The notes under the pieces were generated by a model that saw only the letters and a list, made by a program, of their open reading frames with translations, did not search any database and was not told the DNA's origin. Positions 48,285 through 61,685 of a DNA stretch of 64,000 nt are shown in pieces (positions within the stretch are counted from its first letter, which is position 1; every line of letters starts with the position of its first letter). The stretch is from assembly GCA_035221665.1 (NCBI GenBank), contig CM069159.1:34472001-34536000 (forward strand), given 5' to 3'. The translations under genes and the position numbers were made by a program. The stretch comes from Okamejei kenojei. Taxonomy: Eukaryota.

Positions 48285-48615
48285 GACTTTGCCAGGTTCA
48301 CTCAGCTTCACATCTCATCATGGCTTTTGTCCAAATCTGGACCAAAGAGCTGACTTCTGGAAGTGAAGTGAGAGTGACCAGCTTTGACATCAAGGCAGGG
48401 TTCAATGGAATGCATCAAAATGCCCGAATAAAACAAAATCAATGCAGTTCAAAGGAAAACACTCCAACAGCAGCAGTAACAGTTCATACCAAAGAGAGTG
48501 GGTTGGCAGAGTTCAATCCCAAGATATCACTGCAGGAATTCCTCAAGGTAGTGCCCAAGGCCCAACCATCTTCAGATGCTTCTTCAATTACCATCCCTCC
48601 TTCAGAAAGTCAGAG
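48285..48615 (+). mobile_element. Old CR1/L2-group RT fragment
   Basis: VQIWTKELTSGSEVRVTSFDIKAGF and QDITAGIPQGSAQGPTIFRCFFN. Confidence 0.75.
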
Positions 48616-48621
48616 AAGAGT

Positions 48622-48772
48622 TTGTGGGAGGAAACCCGAGATCCGGAACAAACCCCACAAAGGTCACGGGGAGAACGTACAAAATCTGCACACACACAAG
48701 CACCGGTAGTCAGGATCGAACCTGGGACTCTGGCGCTGTAAGGCAGCAACTCTACCGCTGCGCCACCGTGCC
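48622..48772 (-). mobile_element. HE1 SINE 5' half
   Basis: tRNA head and V-domain. Confidence 0.85.
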
Positions 48773-49339
48773 ACATGACTAGAGTGGAATTGGGTAGATT
48801 CTGAAGCTAGTGCACATACTCGAAACCTGCCAGTTCTCCTTATTTGAGATAAATCCTCTGCACTGATCTCCTGATTATAGATATTCCATTTCATAGCCGT
48901 TCTTTTGAGGATTTGAGCTCAGCAGATTTTCACTGCCTGGTATCTGGCAGTAATCCCAAAGTGGGGGAAGTAATTACCAGTAAAACAATTTTCTGCTATT
49001 GCTCATAAGATAGAACATTTATTTCTACACCAAAATGAAACTTACTTTTGCATGTGGGGTTTAAGTATTCAGCAAACAATGCTTCATTTCAGCAGAGTAC
49101 GATACCAGGTATTTATTCCACTTCTGCTGAATATTGCAGAAGCCCGATGAACTGTAACTTACTTTACCCTTCTATGCAAGCCACGATCAAAAAGGATTAA
49201 TAAAGACTGGACTAAGTGGGATCCGTTGGTTCCCTGTCACACCGGAGATCCCCAACGCAACCCATTCCCCCAACACAATATTCCACCACTCACCCATAGC
49301 CCCCAACTTCACAGGCACGGCTCATTTCCCCTCATCCCC

Positions 49340-49698
49340 CAGCACTCCTCTTCTTCACTCTCCTTTCCCCTCTCCTCCTCCCTTCCCCCAATTCCTCCCT
49401 CTCCTTTCCCCTGCCCTCAGTCACTTCCTCCCTCCATCTCTCCCCTCCCTACCCCCTTCCTATCCCTCTTATCCCCCACCTCCCCCACTCCTCACCTCCC
49501 CCTATCCCCCCACTATCCCTCCTCAAGTCCCCCACTGCCCTCCTCTCCCTCTAGTCCCCACTCACTTCCTCCCCCATTCCTCTCCCTCTATTCCCCCTCC
49601 TCCTCCACTTTCCCTCCTCACCTCCACCACTTTCCCCCCCTCTCCCTCCCTACCCCCTCCTCTCCCTCAATCCCCCCACTCTCCCGCCTCCCATCCCC
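49340..49698. repeat. C/T-rich low-complexity tract
   Basis: About 350 bp of almost pure pyrimidine on the plus strand. Confidence 0.9.
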
Positions 49699-50229
49699 AG
49701 GATCTGGAGGTTGCAGCCGTCAGCCTCAGCCAGCCTCAGCCCCCAGGCCCTGGATCTGTTATGCTGCTGAAAGTAAGCATTGTGCCGTTTCCAGTACATA
49801 TGACAATTAAACACTCTTGACTCTCCTGAATCATAGTCTTGAGCCACTGTGAGGTTAGTTTCTCTGTCTGCTTTTTCATCTGAATGAACCTCTGACTAAC
49901 ACAGCAGACCATCTCTTTCATGTAGTGCTATATTAACCCAAACTAACCTTATTGTCCAGACTTCACGTCAAACATTTGAATCAGGATAGACATAAAAAAG
50001 CTGGGGTAACTCAGTGGGACAAGCAGCATCTCTGGAGAGAAGGAAAGGATGATGTTTCAGATCAACACCCTTCTTCAGTCTCAGGATAGCCCACTAAACT
50101 TTGGCAGATGCTGATGAGACTTGTGTTCAGCCCAATATCTGCTCATGGCTTCACATGAAGTGGGAACATCCTGGATTTTGTATTTGGATTTTCTATAGGT
50201 ATTCCATGGACAGGCAGCCGTGACACTCT

Positions 50230-50545
50230 AGTCTAGTTTAGTTTAGAGGTACAGTGTGGAAACAGGCCCTTCGGCCACAGAGTCAGCACTGACCAACAAT
50301 CCCCGCATAATAACACTATCCTACACACACCAGGGACAATTTACACATACACCAAGCCAATTAACCTACAAACCTGTACGTCTTTGAAGTGTGGGAGGAA
50401 ACCGAAGATCTCGGAGAAAACCCACGCAGGTCACGGGGAGAACGTACAAACTCCGTACAGACAGCGCCCGTAGTTGAGATCGACCTCTGGTCTCCGGCGC
50501 TGCAAGCGCTGTAAGGCAGCAACTCTACCGCTGCGCTATCGTGCC
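50230..50545 (-). mobile_element. HE1 SINE
   Basis: Full length. Confidence 0.92.
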
Positions 50546-51504
50546 GTTCACTTAGCTAACATGCCAGGTACAATCATAATTGTGAGAAAGGATCGATAAT
50601 TAATTATGGGCATTTAGACCGAGTTCTTGAATTTAAAAAAAAAGAGACGGTGTGTGTCAGGCTGTTGCGATTTGTATTCTGTGCCCTCTGCAGCAGTAAT
50701 TTTACGCAGCAGACTCTTTATTAAGTTGCTGCATTAGAATTCTTTGTTGGAAGATGCAAATGTAATCTTGGAACCGGAAAAACACTCAGTATTCATTACT
50801 ACTCCAGTGTAGTCTATCGTCAACTCCACAATTTCAGCTCAATACATTACTTGATAACATAGAGAAGCTTGATTCCATGAAATTAACTTTGAATGGAATA
50901 TTAATGAGGTAACAGTATTACAATTTCATGCACTAACTGATTGTAGATCTAATAGATTTCATACTATTTCATTAGGATACTTGAAGTTCAAATTCATAAT
51001 CCTATACCTGGGATACTATGCACTATTTCCTCTCTAAATCTGGAATTGAAAAAAATTGACCAGTTAATGTAATAACATTCACAATTTTGTGCTGTTTTGC
51101 GATGCAGTAATTGTAAAATTCCTATTTCACCATCAATGTAATGTGTTTGTCCGCTTGTTTCTTAGTGCCGACGCTCCAACAAGTGGAAGCAAAGTGTAGA
51201 ATCATCGACCCACCAGGAGTGATATCATGGTCGACAGATGGATGAAACTAATGGCTGACTGAACAAGCCAGGAGATGGTGATATCCCATTGTGTCACCAA
51301 ACATGAGCAACAGAATGTAAAGCTCCTGAAGGGGAAGAAGGAACAGCAGGAGCACCAAGAATAGTGTCTTATCACCGCCTGACGAGATCGCTGGGTCTTG
51401 GAAATGTGCAGCAGAGTTTGCCTCAGGCCTCGCATCTCTTCTGTATTCTCCATGCTTCCGTTTCCCTCTCCTCTCCCGTCGCTTCCTCTTTCTTTCTCTC
51501 CACG

Positions 51505-52030
51505 TGAAAGGCCTGGATAGAGTGGGCGTGAGAGGATGTTTCCACTAGTGGGAGAGCCGAGGACCAAAGGTCATGGGTAGACAAAAGTGCTGGAGAAACT
51601 CAGCAGGTGCAGCAGCATCTATGGAGCGAAGGAAATAGGCAACGTTTCGGGCCGAAACGTTGCCTATTTCCTTCGCTCCATAGATGGTGCTGCACCCGCT
51701 CAGTTTCTCCAGTACTTTTGTCTACCTTCGATTTTCCAGCATCTGCAGTTCCTTCTTAAACACCAAAGGTCATAGCCTCAGAATTAAGGGGTGTTCATTT
51801 AGGAAAGATACGAGGAGGAATTGATTTAGTCAGAAGGTGGAGAATCTGTGGAATTCATTGCCACAGAAGGTTGTGGAGGCCAAGTCAATGAATATTTTTA
51901 AGGCAGAGATAGATCGATTCTTGATTAGTTAGAGTGTCAGGAGTTATGGATCAGCCATGATTGAATGGCGTAGACATTGGGCTGAATGGCTAAATTCTGC
52001 TTCTATCACTTATGAACCTATGAACTTACG
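51505..52030 (+). mobile_element. CR1 3' end with nested Penelope fold-back (51576-51762)
   Basis: TSD ccaaaggtcat at 51564-74 and 51763-73; removing the insert restores the CR1 GE.RTKGHSLRIKG frame. Confidence 0.9.
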
Positions 52031-52309
52031 AACTCTTTATAGCTCTGTCTCTCTTCCACTCTCTCTCTGTATTTCCTCTCACTTTCTTTGTATTTTAATA
52101 TCCTACCTGTCCAACATTTGGCTCTTTTCCATCTGCTTCAGTCTTCGTCTTGTTTTCTATTTCTTTCTTGGATGACATTTCCACTTTGCCCTCTACTTCT
52201 CTGCCTCATTTTCTGTGGATTTTCTCCTTCTTTCTCAATGCCTCTCACTTGTCTGTTTTTTTAATGCAATCTTCTTCTCTCCTCTCACCATCATTTCTCC
52301 TATTTTGTC

Positions 52310-52880
52310 TCTGGAGTATTGTGTGCAGTTTTGGTCCCCTAATTTGAGGAAGGACATTCTTGCTATTGAGGGAGTGCAGCGGAGGTTTACAAGGTTAATT
52401 CCCGGGATGGCGGGACTGTCATATGCTGAGAGAATGGAGCAGCTGGGCTTGTACACTCTGGAGTTTAGAAAGATGAGAGGGGATCTCATTGAAACATATA
52501 AGATTGTTAAGGGCTTGGACACACTAGAGGCAGGAAACATGTTCCCGATGTTGGGGGAGTCCAGAACCAGGGGCCACAGTTTAAGAATAAGGAGTAAGCC
52601 ATTTAGAATGGAGACGAGGAAACACTTTTTCTCACAGGGAGTGGTGAGTCTGTGGAATTCTCTGCCTCAGAGGGCGGTGGAGGCAGGTTCTCTGGATGCT
52701 TTCAAGAGAGAGCTAGATAGGGCTCTTAAAGATAGCGGAGTCAGGGGATATGGGGAGAAGGCAGGGACGGGGTGCTGATTGGGGATGATCAGCCATGATC
52801 ACATTGAATGGCGGTGCAGGCTCGAACGGCCAAATGGCCTACTCCTGCACCTATTGTTTATTGTCTATTGTCTATTGTCT
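52310..52880 (+). mobile_element. CR1 LINE 3' portion
   Basis: LEYCVQFWSPNLRKDILAIEGVQRRFTRLIPG... and a TATTG tail. Confidence 0.93.
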
Positions 52881-53213
52881 CTTTGTGTCTCTCTTGCAGA
52901 GCCCATTTCTCTTTCATCTTCCCTTTCTTTGCCCCTCTCATCCTTGGCCCAATTACTCAGCTGATCAAGACAAGATCTCACTGTAATTCTTCTTAACCTT
53001 CTTCATTGTCTTCGATGCCACCTATTTTAGCATCATCTGAAAATTTACTAACTATGTCTTGTATCAGCATGTCAAGCAGTATCGATGAAGAAAGAAACGG
53101 AGTCAACGTTTCAGGTCAATAATTCCTAACCAGACTTACGAAAGTAGTTTAGCTTGCAGATATTTGGTGGGTGGGGTCAGGAGCACAAGAGGTTTGGATG
53201 TCAGGAACAAATG

Positions 53214-53510
53214 TTTTAGTTTAGTTTAGAGATACAAAGCGGAAACCGAGTCCGCACCGACCAGCGATCCCCGCACATTAACATTATCCTACCGAGGGAC
53301 AATTTACATTAATACCAAGCCAATTAACCTACAAACCTGTACGTCTTTGGAGTGTGGGAGGAAGCCGAAGACTTCGGAGAAAACTCAAGTGGGCCACGGG
53401 GAGAACGTACAAACTCTGTACAGACAGCACCCGTAGTCAGGATCGAACCCGGGTCTCTGGCGCTGTGAGCGCTGTAAGGTAGCAACTCTGCCACTGCCCC
53501 ACCATGCCGC
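53214..53510 (-). mobile_element. HE1 SINE
   Basis: Full length. Confidence 0.9.
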
Positions 53511-54322
53511 CCTGGCATGATAGAGAATTGTTCATGTAACATTAGTTTTGGTTCTGGGAGTTAGAGAGAAAAAAATTAAAGAACATGTTGGAACTATGCG
53601 AGGCAAAGCAGAACAGTAGTTGGAAATGTTAACCAAAATAGATAACTGGAAATATACAAATGATTAAGCAGTATCTGTGGGGAAGAAAAACTGAAGTAAC
53701 AGTGGACAGCCTTAATGAGAGCTGGCTAGGTCTGACACAAATAGGATTTAATAGAAAGTAAGTCATCTGAAATTGTTAAATCCAACACTTAGTATCAGAG
53801 GCTGCAATATGCCCAGATAGAAAATAAGGTACCGTTTTCTCTCCTGGTCTTTTGATTCTGTGATCACGAGCATATATGTTAAATCTGATGTTACATTGTA
53901 AAATCAACTCAATGGAGATGTATAATGTATTTTGAGACAGCTTTAACGCTATAGGAGCTGTAGTTACACCATGAGGTTATTACTGATTGTAGGAATGGAG
54001 ACCAAGGACCCAACTACAGGGATTAGATATTCAGTTACAAGGAATAGTTTTTACCTTCAGAACTCTCCTTCTGAAGCTTAATCAGTATGTCTTTATCTCT
54101 TCCCATTGAGCCATTTAATAGTTTGCTGCTGATATTCCAGCTGCCTCACTCAATATGAAAACTGTTTGCATAAAAGATAAAATGTATGCAGCCCAGCTTC
54201 CCACTAAACTGGTAATGAGTGGAGCCCGAAGATGGTCGGAATGGGAAAAAAAACAAATAGTGAATGGGAAGCCCAGCTGCATTGAATGGGGATTGATGCC
54301 AGGGGAGTGGGAGATGAGAGCA

Positions 54323-54531
54323 TGTGTAGAAAGGAATTGCAGATGCTGGTTTAAACTGAAGATGGACAAAAAAAGCTGGAGTAACTCAGCAGGACAGGCA
54401 GCATCTCTGGAGAGAAGAAATGGGTGACGTTTCTTCAGAAGAAGGGTCTCGTCCTGAAACGTCACCCTTTCATTCTCTCCAGAGATGCTGCCTGTCCCGC
54501 TGAATGACTCCAGCTTTTTGTGTCTATCTTC
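54323..54531. mobile_element. Penelope fold-back insertion
   Basis: Inverted pLTR arms with extension; agat(g/a)agagcatg lies on both flanks. Confidence 0.85.
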
Positions 54532-56570
54532 TGAAGATAAGAGCATGGCAGGTCCAGGACTGTTGAGAAGTCCAAAGGGGATTGTCCCTCAGGAAGTGAT
54601 GGTATTGGGGCAATGGGGACAATCCTGGTTGTCAAACTCTTGGGATGAAGACTGGAAATGGTCTTGAGGATACAAGATTCAAGAGATTCAAGAGCGTTTA
54701 TTGTCATGTGACCCTGATAGGACAATGAATTACTTGCTTTGCTTCAGCAGGTGGTGCGGAGAGCTGGGGCAACATTTCTGCAGGAAAACTGATCCCAGTG
54801 ATGCCGTTGAGATGAGTGAACGATTATCCCAGAAGGTGAGGAACTCTTGGGAAGGATAGGATGGATGATGGGAGCAACTTCTCACCCTGCCATCTGTTCT
54901 TACAGCAGAGAATCATTAATGGCCTTCAAAACCAACATTACCACTAAGAAAAAGATATCATGAATTAAACATATAAGCAGAAGTTTGGAAACATCCAAAC
55001 TTCTGTGGAATTGAAGAGACCTCTGAAAGGTCAAATGTAAAATTATTATGTTGCTGCTCTTTGTTCTTCAATTTGAAATGTAATTAATATAGCACCAAAA
55101 TTACAGTTACATAATTATGTCCCGAGTTGCCCTGAATGACAAGGTCACAAATTGATGAATCTGTAATCACCTCTGGTCTCTAGCTAAATACATGGAAGTT
55201 ACTGTGTAATTTATATTGGAGACACAGAGTGCTGGAGTGATTCATATTATTGGATTAACCCCTTGGGCCCTATTAATATTCATACAATTAACCCCACTAG
55301 TAAGTGTCGCTTTGTCACAGCCCCTGGCAGCTGGGAATGGAGATAAACATTTCAGAAGGATGAAGAATGCAGGATAAAAGGCCAAGGCATGGGGATTACA
55401 TCAGCCATGTCAGTTTAAGAGGTAGCACCTGCACTAGCACCATTAACCAAATTGCTTCCTGCTGTGGCATGGTTTAATGTTATGATGATGTTATGTGGCT
55501 CTCTTACAAACAAACAGCCAAAAGAAGATAAAACTAAGACTCCTTCCAATTATTACTCCCTTTAATGAAAACATAGCCACATGTATTGCTGGGAATTTAT
55601 CCTAAGATGCTAAACTCGTTAAGCTCGCAAACAATTCACTTCACCTGTTTTGCTGGTTTTTGGTGTGTTTCTGAGAGTCCAGTGCAGTGAGTATTTGATG
55701 AGACTGTGTGGAAGGATCTTTACTCTGTATCTGATCCTGTGCTGTATCCCCCTTGGGAGTGTTTGATGAGACAAAGTACATGACCTTGCAGCATGGCCAA
55801 GTTGACATGGCAAAGTGGAAGTCTGAAGAAAGGTCTTGACCCGTAACGTCACCTATTCATGTTCTCTGGAGATGCTGCCTGGCCTGCGGAGTTACTCCAG
55901 CACGTTATGTCCTTTTAGATCACCTTTCCTCTGTTTCTAAGCTTTGCTGAACCTTTCTTGGAAATGTTTGATGCTAAAGGCATTAGAACTTTATGCGAGT
56001 CGAGAAAATCTTCCTCTACACAGGATGATGAGAGTCTGTGGATGGACCATTAGATAATGAGCATGTTAACATTTTAACAATAGGCTAGACAAGTGAGTGA
56101 AGACAAAGGGACAGGCGCAGTGTACAGGGACATGGGGTGAATAAGCATGAACAGTTTGGGCCAAAGGGCCTGTTTCCTCATGGTGTAATCGTGTGTGCTT
56201 TCTAAAGTATTCCCTCACGTAAATCATACTTGCCCACCTCCCCTGGAGCCTGATGCATGACTGCCCGACCCACGGAGACAAAGATTTACATCAGATTTAC
56301 GCACCATTGAGTAGGACAATGAAATGATTCCCATGAAACAGGCATGAGCTTGCTGCAGGCTGCCTTCTATAAACCTCGACACACATCTGAGTGCAGACAT
56401 TTCAATAAAATTCTCACCCGTCCTTCATTATCGGATTTGGGACAGTTGTGAAGGGATTTGGGCTGCTGGCTTAGTCACACTCTGGTGAGTGTTAACATGA
56501 ACAATATACGTGGGACTCCTAAAAAACATATCCTAGCTTTGGTTGTGTTCAGTGAATGAGCGGCAGATAT

Positions 56571-56845
56571 AGTTTAGTTTAGTTTAGAAATACAGCGCCG
56601 GAACAAGACCTTCGGCCCACTGAGTCCGTGCTGACCAGTGATCCCCACACACTCTATCCCACACACACACACTAGGGACAAGTGTTTTACAATGTGTCTG
56701 GAGTGTGGGAGGAAACAGAAGATCTCGGAGAAAACCCATGCGGCTACGGGTAGAACGTACAAACTCCGTACAGACAAGCAGCCGTAGTCGGGATCGAACC
56801 CGGATCTACGGTGCTGTACGGCAGCAACTCTACCGCTGTGCCCCT
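56571..56845 (-). mobile_element. HE1 SINE
   Basis: Head, V-domain and tail. Confidence 0.88.
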
Positions 56846-57360
56846 GCAAGGTTCGATCTCCCCTTGTCTCCCTGCATTCTGCTGGGCCTTTTATCAGGCT
56901 CCCTGACTAACAGCCAATCTCAGAACCAAATTTAAAAACAAAAATATCCATGTAATTAAAATATTGGCTGGTACATCCACATCTTGAGCAAGATGTATCT
57001 AATTTCATAAATTGGACTGTCATGGGGAGTGGAAGGGGTGGAGGGAGTTTATTCCAACCACTGATTGATTTTTAATTGCTGGGGAATTAACTCTCACGTT
57101 CCAACAACAACAACACTGCAACAGATTAAAGAAAAACAAATTACTTGAAGAACTCAGCGAACCAAGCAGCATTTGTGGACAGATCCATGGACAGGAATGG
57201 GTGGAGTCCCTGTAGCAGATGCCAGTCCAGATGCAGGGTTTCGATCTGACAATCTTAGTTGCTGCCTGACCTGTTGCGTTCTTCCAGCAGTTTGGTCTGT
57301 TTTTGCTCCAGATTCCATCATCTGCAGTTTCTAGTATCCCCATCACAACAGTTTATCTGG

Positions 57361-57487
57361 GATGAAGGGTTTCGGCCCGAAACGTTGCCTATTTCCTTCG
57401 CTCCATAGATGCTGCCGCACCCGCTGAGTTTCTCCAGCACTTTTGTTTACCTTCAATTTTCCAGCATCTGCAGTTCCTTCTTAAACA
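57361..57487 (+). mobile_element. Single Penelope pLTR truncated at the hammerhead
   Basis: gaagggt(ttcg)gcccgaaacgttgcc...gttccttcttaaaca. Confidence 0.85.
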
Positions 57488-57554
57488 CATGAATCATATA
57501 TTGCTGTTTGCAGAAAGGTGAGCAAAATTGGTTCAGCATTTACTGTCCCGCACC

Positions 57555-58085
57555 TTTCTTGCATGCTAACCAGCCAGGAGAAGGACAATACATGATTACA
57601 ATCGAGCTGTCAATAGTGTACAGATATACGATAAAGGGAATAATGTGAATAATGTTTAGTGCAAGATAAAGTCCAGTAAAACCTGATCAAAGATAATCCG
57701 AGGGTCTCCAATGAGGTGGATAGTAGCTCAGGACTGCCCTCTAAATGTTGGTAGGATGGTTCAGTTGCCTGATAGCAGCTGGGAAGAAACTGTCCCTGAA
57801 TCTGGAGGTGTGCATTTTCACACTTCTGTACCTTTTGCCTGATGCGAGAGGAGAGAAAAGGGAGTGGCCGGGGTGCGACTTGTCCTTGATCATGCTGGTG
57901 GGCTTGCTGAAGGGAGTGAGGTATAAATGGAGTCAATGGAAGGGAAGTTGGCTTGTGTGATGGCCTGCGCTGCCTCCACAACCCTCTGAAATTTCTTGTG
58001 GTCTTGGATGGAGCAATTCCCAAACCAGGCTGTGATGCATCCTGATTAAATGCTTTCTACAGTGCATCTGTAGAAGTTCGTGAGA
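57555..58085 (-). mobile_element. Rex1/Babar LINE 3' end
   Basis: Reverse strand shows frameshifted VESI..WFG, HPGHSLF and RFRDSFFPAAIRQLN motifs. Confidence 0.8.
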
Positions 58086-58115
58086 AATTACCCAGGATAA
58101 TTTACAGTGGCCTTT

Positions 58116-58474
58116 TAGAAACGTAGAAACATAGTAATTAGGTGCAGGAGGAAGCCATTCGGCCCTTTGAGCCAGCACCGCCATTCATTGTAATCATGGC
58201 TGATCGTCCCCTATCAATAACCCGTGCCTGCCTTCTCCCCATATCCCTTGACTCCATAGCCCCTAGAGCTCTATCTAACTCTCGCTTAAATCCATCCAGT
58301 GACTTGGCCTCCACTGCCCTATGTGGCAGGAATTCCATAAATTCACAACTCTCTGGGTGAAAACGTTTTTTCTCACCTCAGTCTTAAACGACCTCTCCTT
58401 TATTCTAAGACTGTGGCCCCTGGTTCTGGACGCGCCCAACATTGGGAACATTTTTCCTGCATCTAGCTTGTCCA
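58116..58474 (-). mobile_element. CR1 3' end
   Basis: DKLDAGKMFPMLGASRTRGHSLRIK. Confidence 0.9.
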
Positions 58475-58954
58475 TTGTTTCACGAACCAATCCGCGCACC
58501 TTTGGGATGTGAGAAGAAACTGGAGCACTGTGAAAAACTTGTGCAGTCACTGGGTTGCTGGACCTGTTGAGCAGCAATATTATTGTTCTAGAGTTGGCAA
58601 TTATACCTCGGTGAGACCGCTTGGGATAGCGTAAGCAGATTTGGCATCCTTATCTAAGAGAGGATACACTTGCCACGAACGGAGTCCGATTCCTCAGAAG
58701 ACAGATCTGTTGTACAAGCAACATTGAGTTGTTCAGGTTTATAATTACTGTCTAGAAGAATGAGAAAGGATCTTATTAAAATTTCCAAAAATATGACATT
58801 GATCGACAGGCTGGATATGGGGAGAATGCTTCCCCTCATTGGACTCCAGACCCAGATTGAAGAGCAAGACATTTAGAAATGAGAAAGAAATTACAGTGTC
58901 TTAGACTATAATGCCCCCTGTGTAAAATGCTCCAAGCCCTGGTGCACTTCTTAA

Positions 58955-59092
58955 AATCATAGAGTCTTACGGTGTGGAAACAGGCCCTTCTGTCCAACTT
59001 GATCACACCAACCCGCATGTCCCATCTATACTGGTCCCACCTGCCTGCATTTGGCCCATATCCCTCTAAACTTATCCTATCCATGTACTTGT
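58955..59092 (-). mobile_element. CR1 3' UTR fragment
   Basis: catagagtc...ggtcccacctgcctgcatttggcccatatccc. Confidence 0.8.
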
Positions 59093-60079
59093 TCACAATA
59101 TTCCATGCCTCTGGAGCTCTCCCACCTCGTGTACAGCGTCCTAGATCTGTTCAGCTTCCCTCAAGTACGGTTTCCTAGGCCTCTATTCCCTCCTCATGAT
59201 CAAAACTCTAAGCCTGTGGAACACCTGCTCCTACAAAGAGCTAGAGTAGATTGACGGTCTTTAATGGAGTCGTCATGTACAGTGGCCCATGCCTGTGGTG
59301 TAGTCCTTGTGTATAGTCATCCAGGTTTGTTGTAAGTGTCCTTGTGAGCCAGGCCTGTGTGCCCTTCTGCAAAGCATCGATCTTTGAATGCTTTATGTGC
59401 TTTTTATGGTCACAAGAAAACGCCAGAATGATTCTATTTATTATTATCTTTCACATCACTTTGTCACCAGGATACTTTACATCTTTTACTGTGTTTAAGA
59501 TTCTATTGAGAGAACATTGTGAGTGGAAATGCCTCGAAGATGTTTAATGATAGTGTGATTTAATGTTGCATAGTTTCCACTGTCAGAAACTACCTTATTA
59601 GTATGTCCAGCTTTTCCACACTGCTCCCCCCTGATTCTCTCTCCTCCGCATGACCTTCCTCAGCCCCACATCCCCTCTAATTGAACTGTGAGAAAATACA
59701 GTATAACACGCAGCAAGCTAATTATCTGAGTTTCCAGACAACCGGTCTAACTTGAATTAAAATAGACATGTGAATTTAGTAAGGCCCAAGGTGCTCACAA
59801 GAATGTTCTCAAGAGAAATATGATCTTGTAGATGATGTAATATTGATCATGAACAATGATTATATAAGGGCATCACTCATTTGAGGATTGTGTCATGACC
59901 AGCAGGTCCGAGGTGCTACTGTATCTGCACAAAGTTCCAGGAACAGCCTGCAAACTGCTTTTCAATAGAGTACACTTAGTCTGTACTCTCATGTAAAGGT
60001 CTGTATATTCTACAATGGACTTTGGGTTCAGAACCCACTCACCAATATTCCAAGTCCGAAAGAGATATTAGGATGACCT

Positions 60080-60872
60080 CTATAAGATCACCCCTCGGCC
60101 TCCTTCACTCCAAGGAATAAAGTCTGAGCCTGCCCAACCTCTCCCTGAAGCTCAGGTCTTCAAGTCCTGGCTACATCCTGATGAAGGTAGACAAAAGTGC
60201 TGTAGAAACTCAGCGGGTGCAGCAGCATCTATGGAGCGAAGGAGATAGGCAACGTTGCCTATTTCCTTCGCTCCATAGATGCTGTTGCACCCGCTGAGTT
60301 TCTCCAGCACTTTTGTCTACCTTCGATTTTCCAGCATCTGCAGTTCCTTCTTAAATACATCCTGATGAACCTTCTCTGCACTCTTTCCAGCTTTACAACA
60401 TCCTTCCTGTAGCAGAGTGACTGAAACTGAACAGAATACTCCAAATACAGCCTCACCAATGCCTTACACAACTGTAAACATTACATGCCAACTTCTACTC
60501 AATACCCTGTGTGATGAAGGTCAAGGTACTGGAAGACTTTTTGACCACCCTATCTATCTACGATGCCACTTTCGAGGAACAATGTCTATTTAGTTTATTG
60601 TCACGTGTACTGAGGCACAGTGAACAAACGATGTACCTCTACTCCTAGATCCCCCTTTTCCACAATATTCCCCAGGGTCCTACCATTCTCCGTGAAGATC
60701 CTGCCATTGGTCTGACTTCTCAAAGTGCAACACTTTGTACTTATCCGCATTAAACTCCATTAGCCATTCCTTCGCCCACTTGCCCAACTGGACAAGACCT
60801 TGCTGTGATTTTTGATAACCATCTTTGTTCTCTATGATATCACCCACTTGAGTGTCACCTGCAAACTTTACA
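60080..60872 (-). mobile_element. Old CR1 RT fragment with nested 170-bp Penelope fold-back (60186-60355)
   Basis: KFAGDTQVG..LGKWAKEWLMEFN and KALVRLYLEYSVQF. TSD tacatcctgatgaa at 60172-85 and 60356-69. Confidence 0.85.
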
Positions 60873-61094
60873 AATAGATAATACACTCAATAGATAACAT
60901 AATTAAAAAAAATAATAATAATAATTAAATAAATTAAAATATTACTGTAATACAAAACAAAAACCTGAAGTTCTCAGTGCAATCAAGACAGTTTGTAGTT
61001 CATAGATGATGTTAAAATAATTTTGAAGTTAGCATAATTTACATGGTAAAGTTAGCATGCTAAAGTTGCATGCCAGAAGTAGCATCATTTTAGC

Positions 61095-61685
61095 AGGTCA
61101 GTTTCTTCCCAGCAGTTATTAAGCAAAGGAACCATCCTATCACGAACTAGAGAGCGGTCCTGACTTATCATCTTCATCATGGGAGATTATCGGACTATCT
61201 TAATTGGACTTTACTGGACTTTATTTTGCACTAAACATTATTTCCTTTATCCTGCACCTGTACACTGTGGTCAGTTTGATTTTTTTTAGAGTTACAGCGC
61301 GGAAACAAGCCCTTCGGCCCACTGAGTCAGCGCTGACCAGCTGTCCCCGCAGATTAACATGATCCTACACCCACCAGGGACAGGTTATACATACACCAAG
61401 CCAATTAACTTACATACGTGCACGTGCACGTCTTTGGACTGTGGGAGGAAACCGAAGATCTCGGAGAAAACCCACGCGGTCACGGGGAAGAATGAACAAA
61501 CTCCGTACAGACAGCACCCGAAGTCGGGATTGAACCCAGGTCTCTGGCGCTGGAAGCGCTGTAAGGCAGCAACTCTACTGCTGTGCCGCCCTTAATCATG
61601 TATAGTTTTTCCGCCGACTGGACAGCACGCAACAAAAACATTTCACCGTGCCTCGGTACATGCTACAATAAACTAAACTAAACTA
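61095..61685 (+). mobile_element. Rex1/Babar 3' end with nested HE1 SINE (61285-61590, minus)
   Basis: cagtttcttcccagcagttatt... UTR and (TAAAC)n tail; the SINE is clear. Confidence 0.8.

Noticed and set aside
49226-49810. 194-aa Pro/Ser-rich ORF
   Set aside because: It is the translation of a C/T low-complexity tract that lacks stops by composition.
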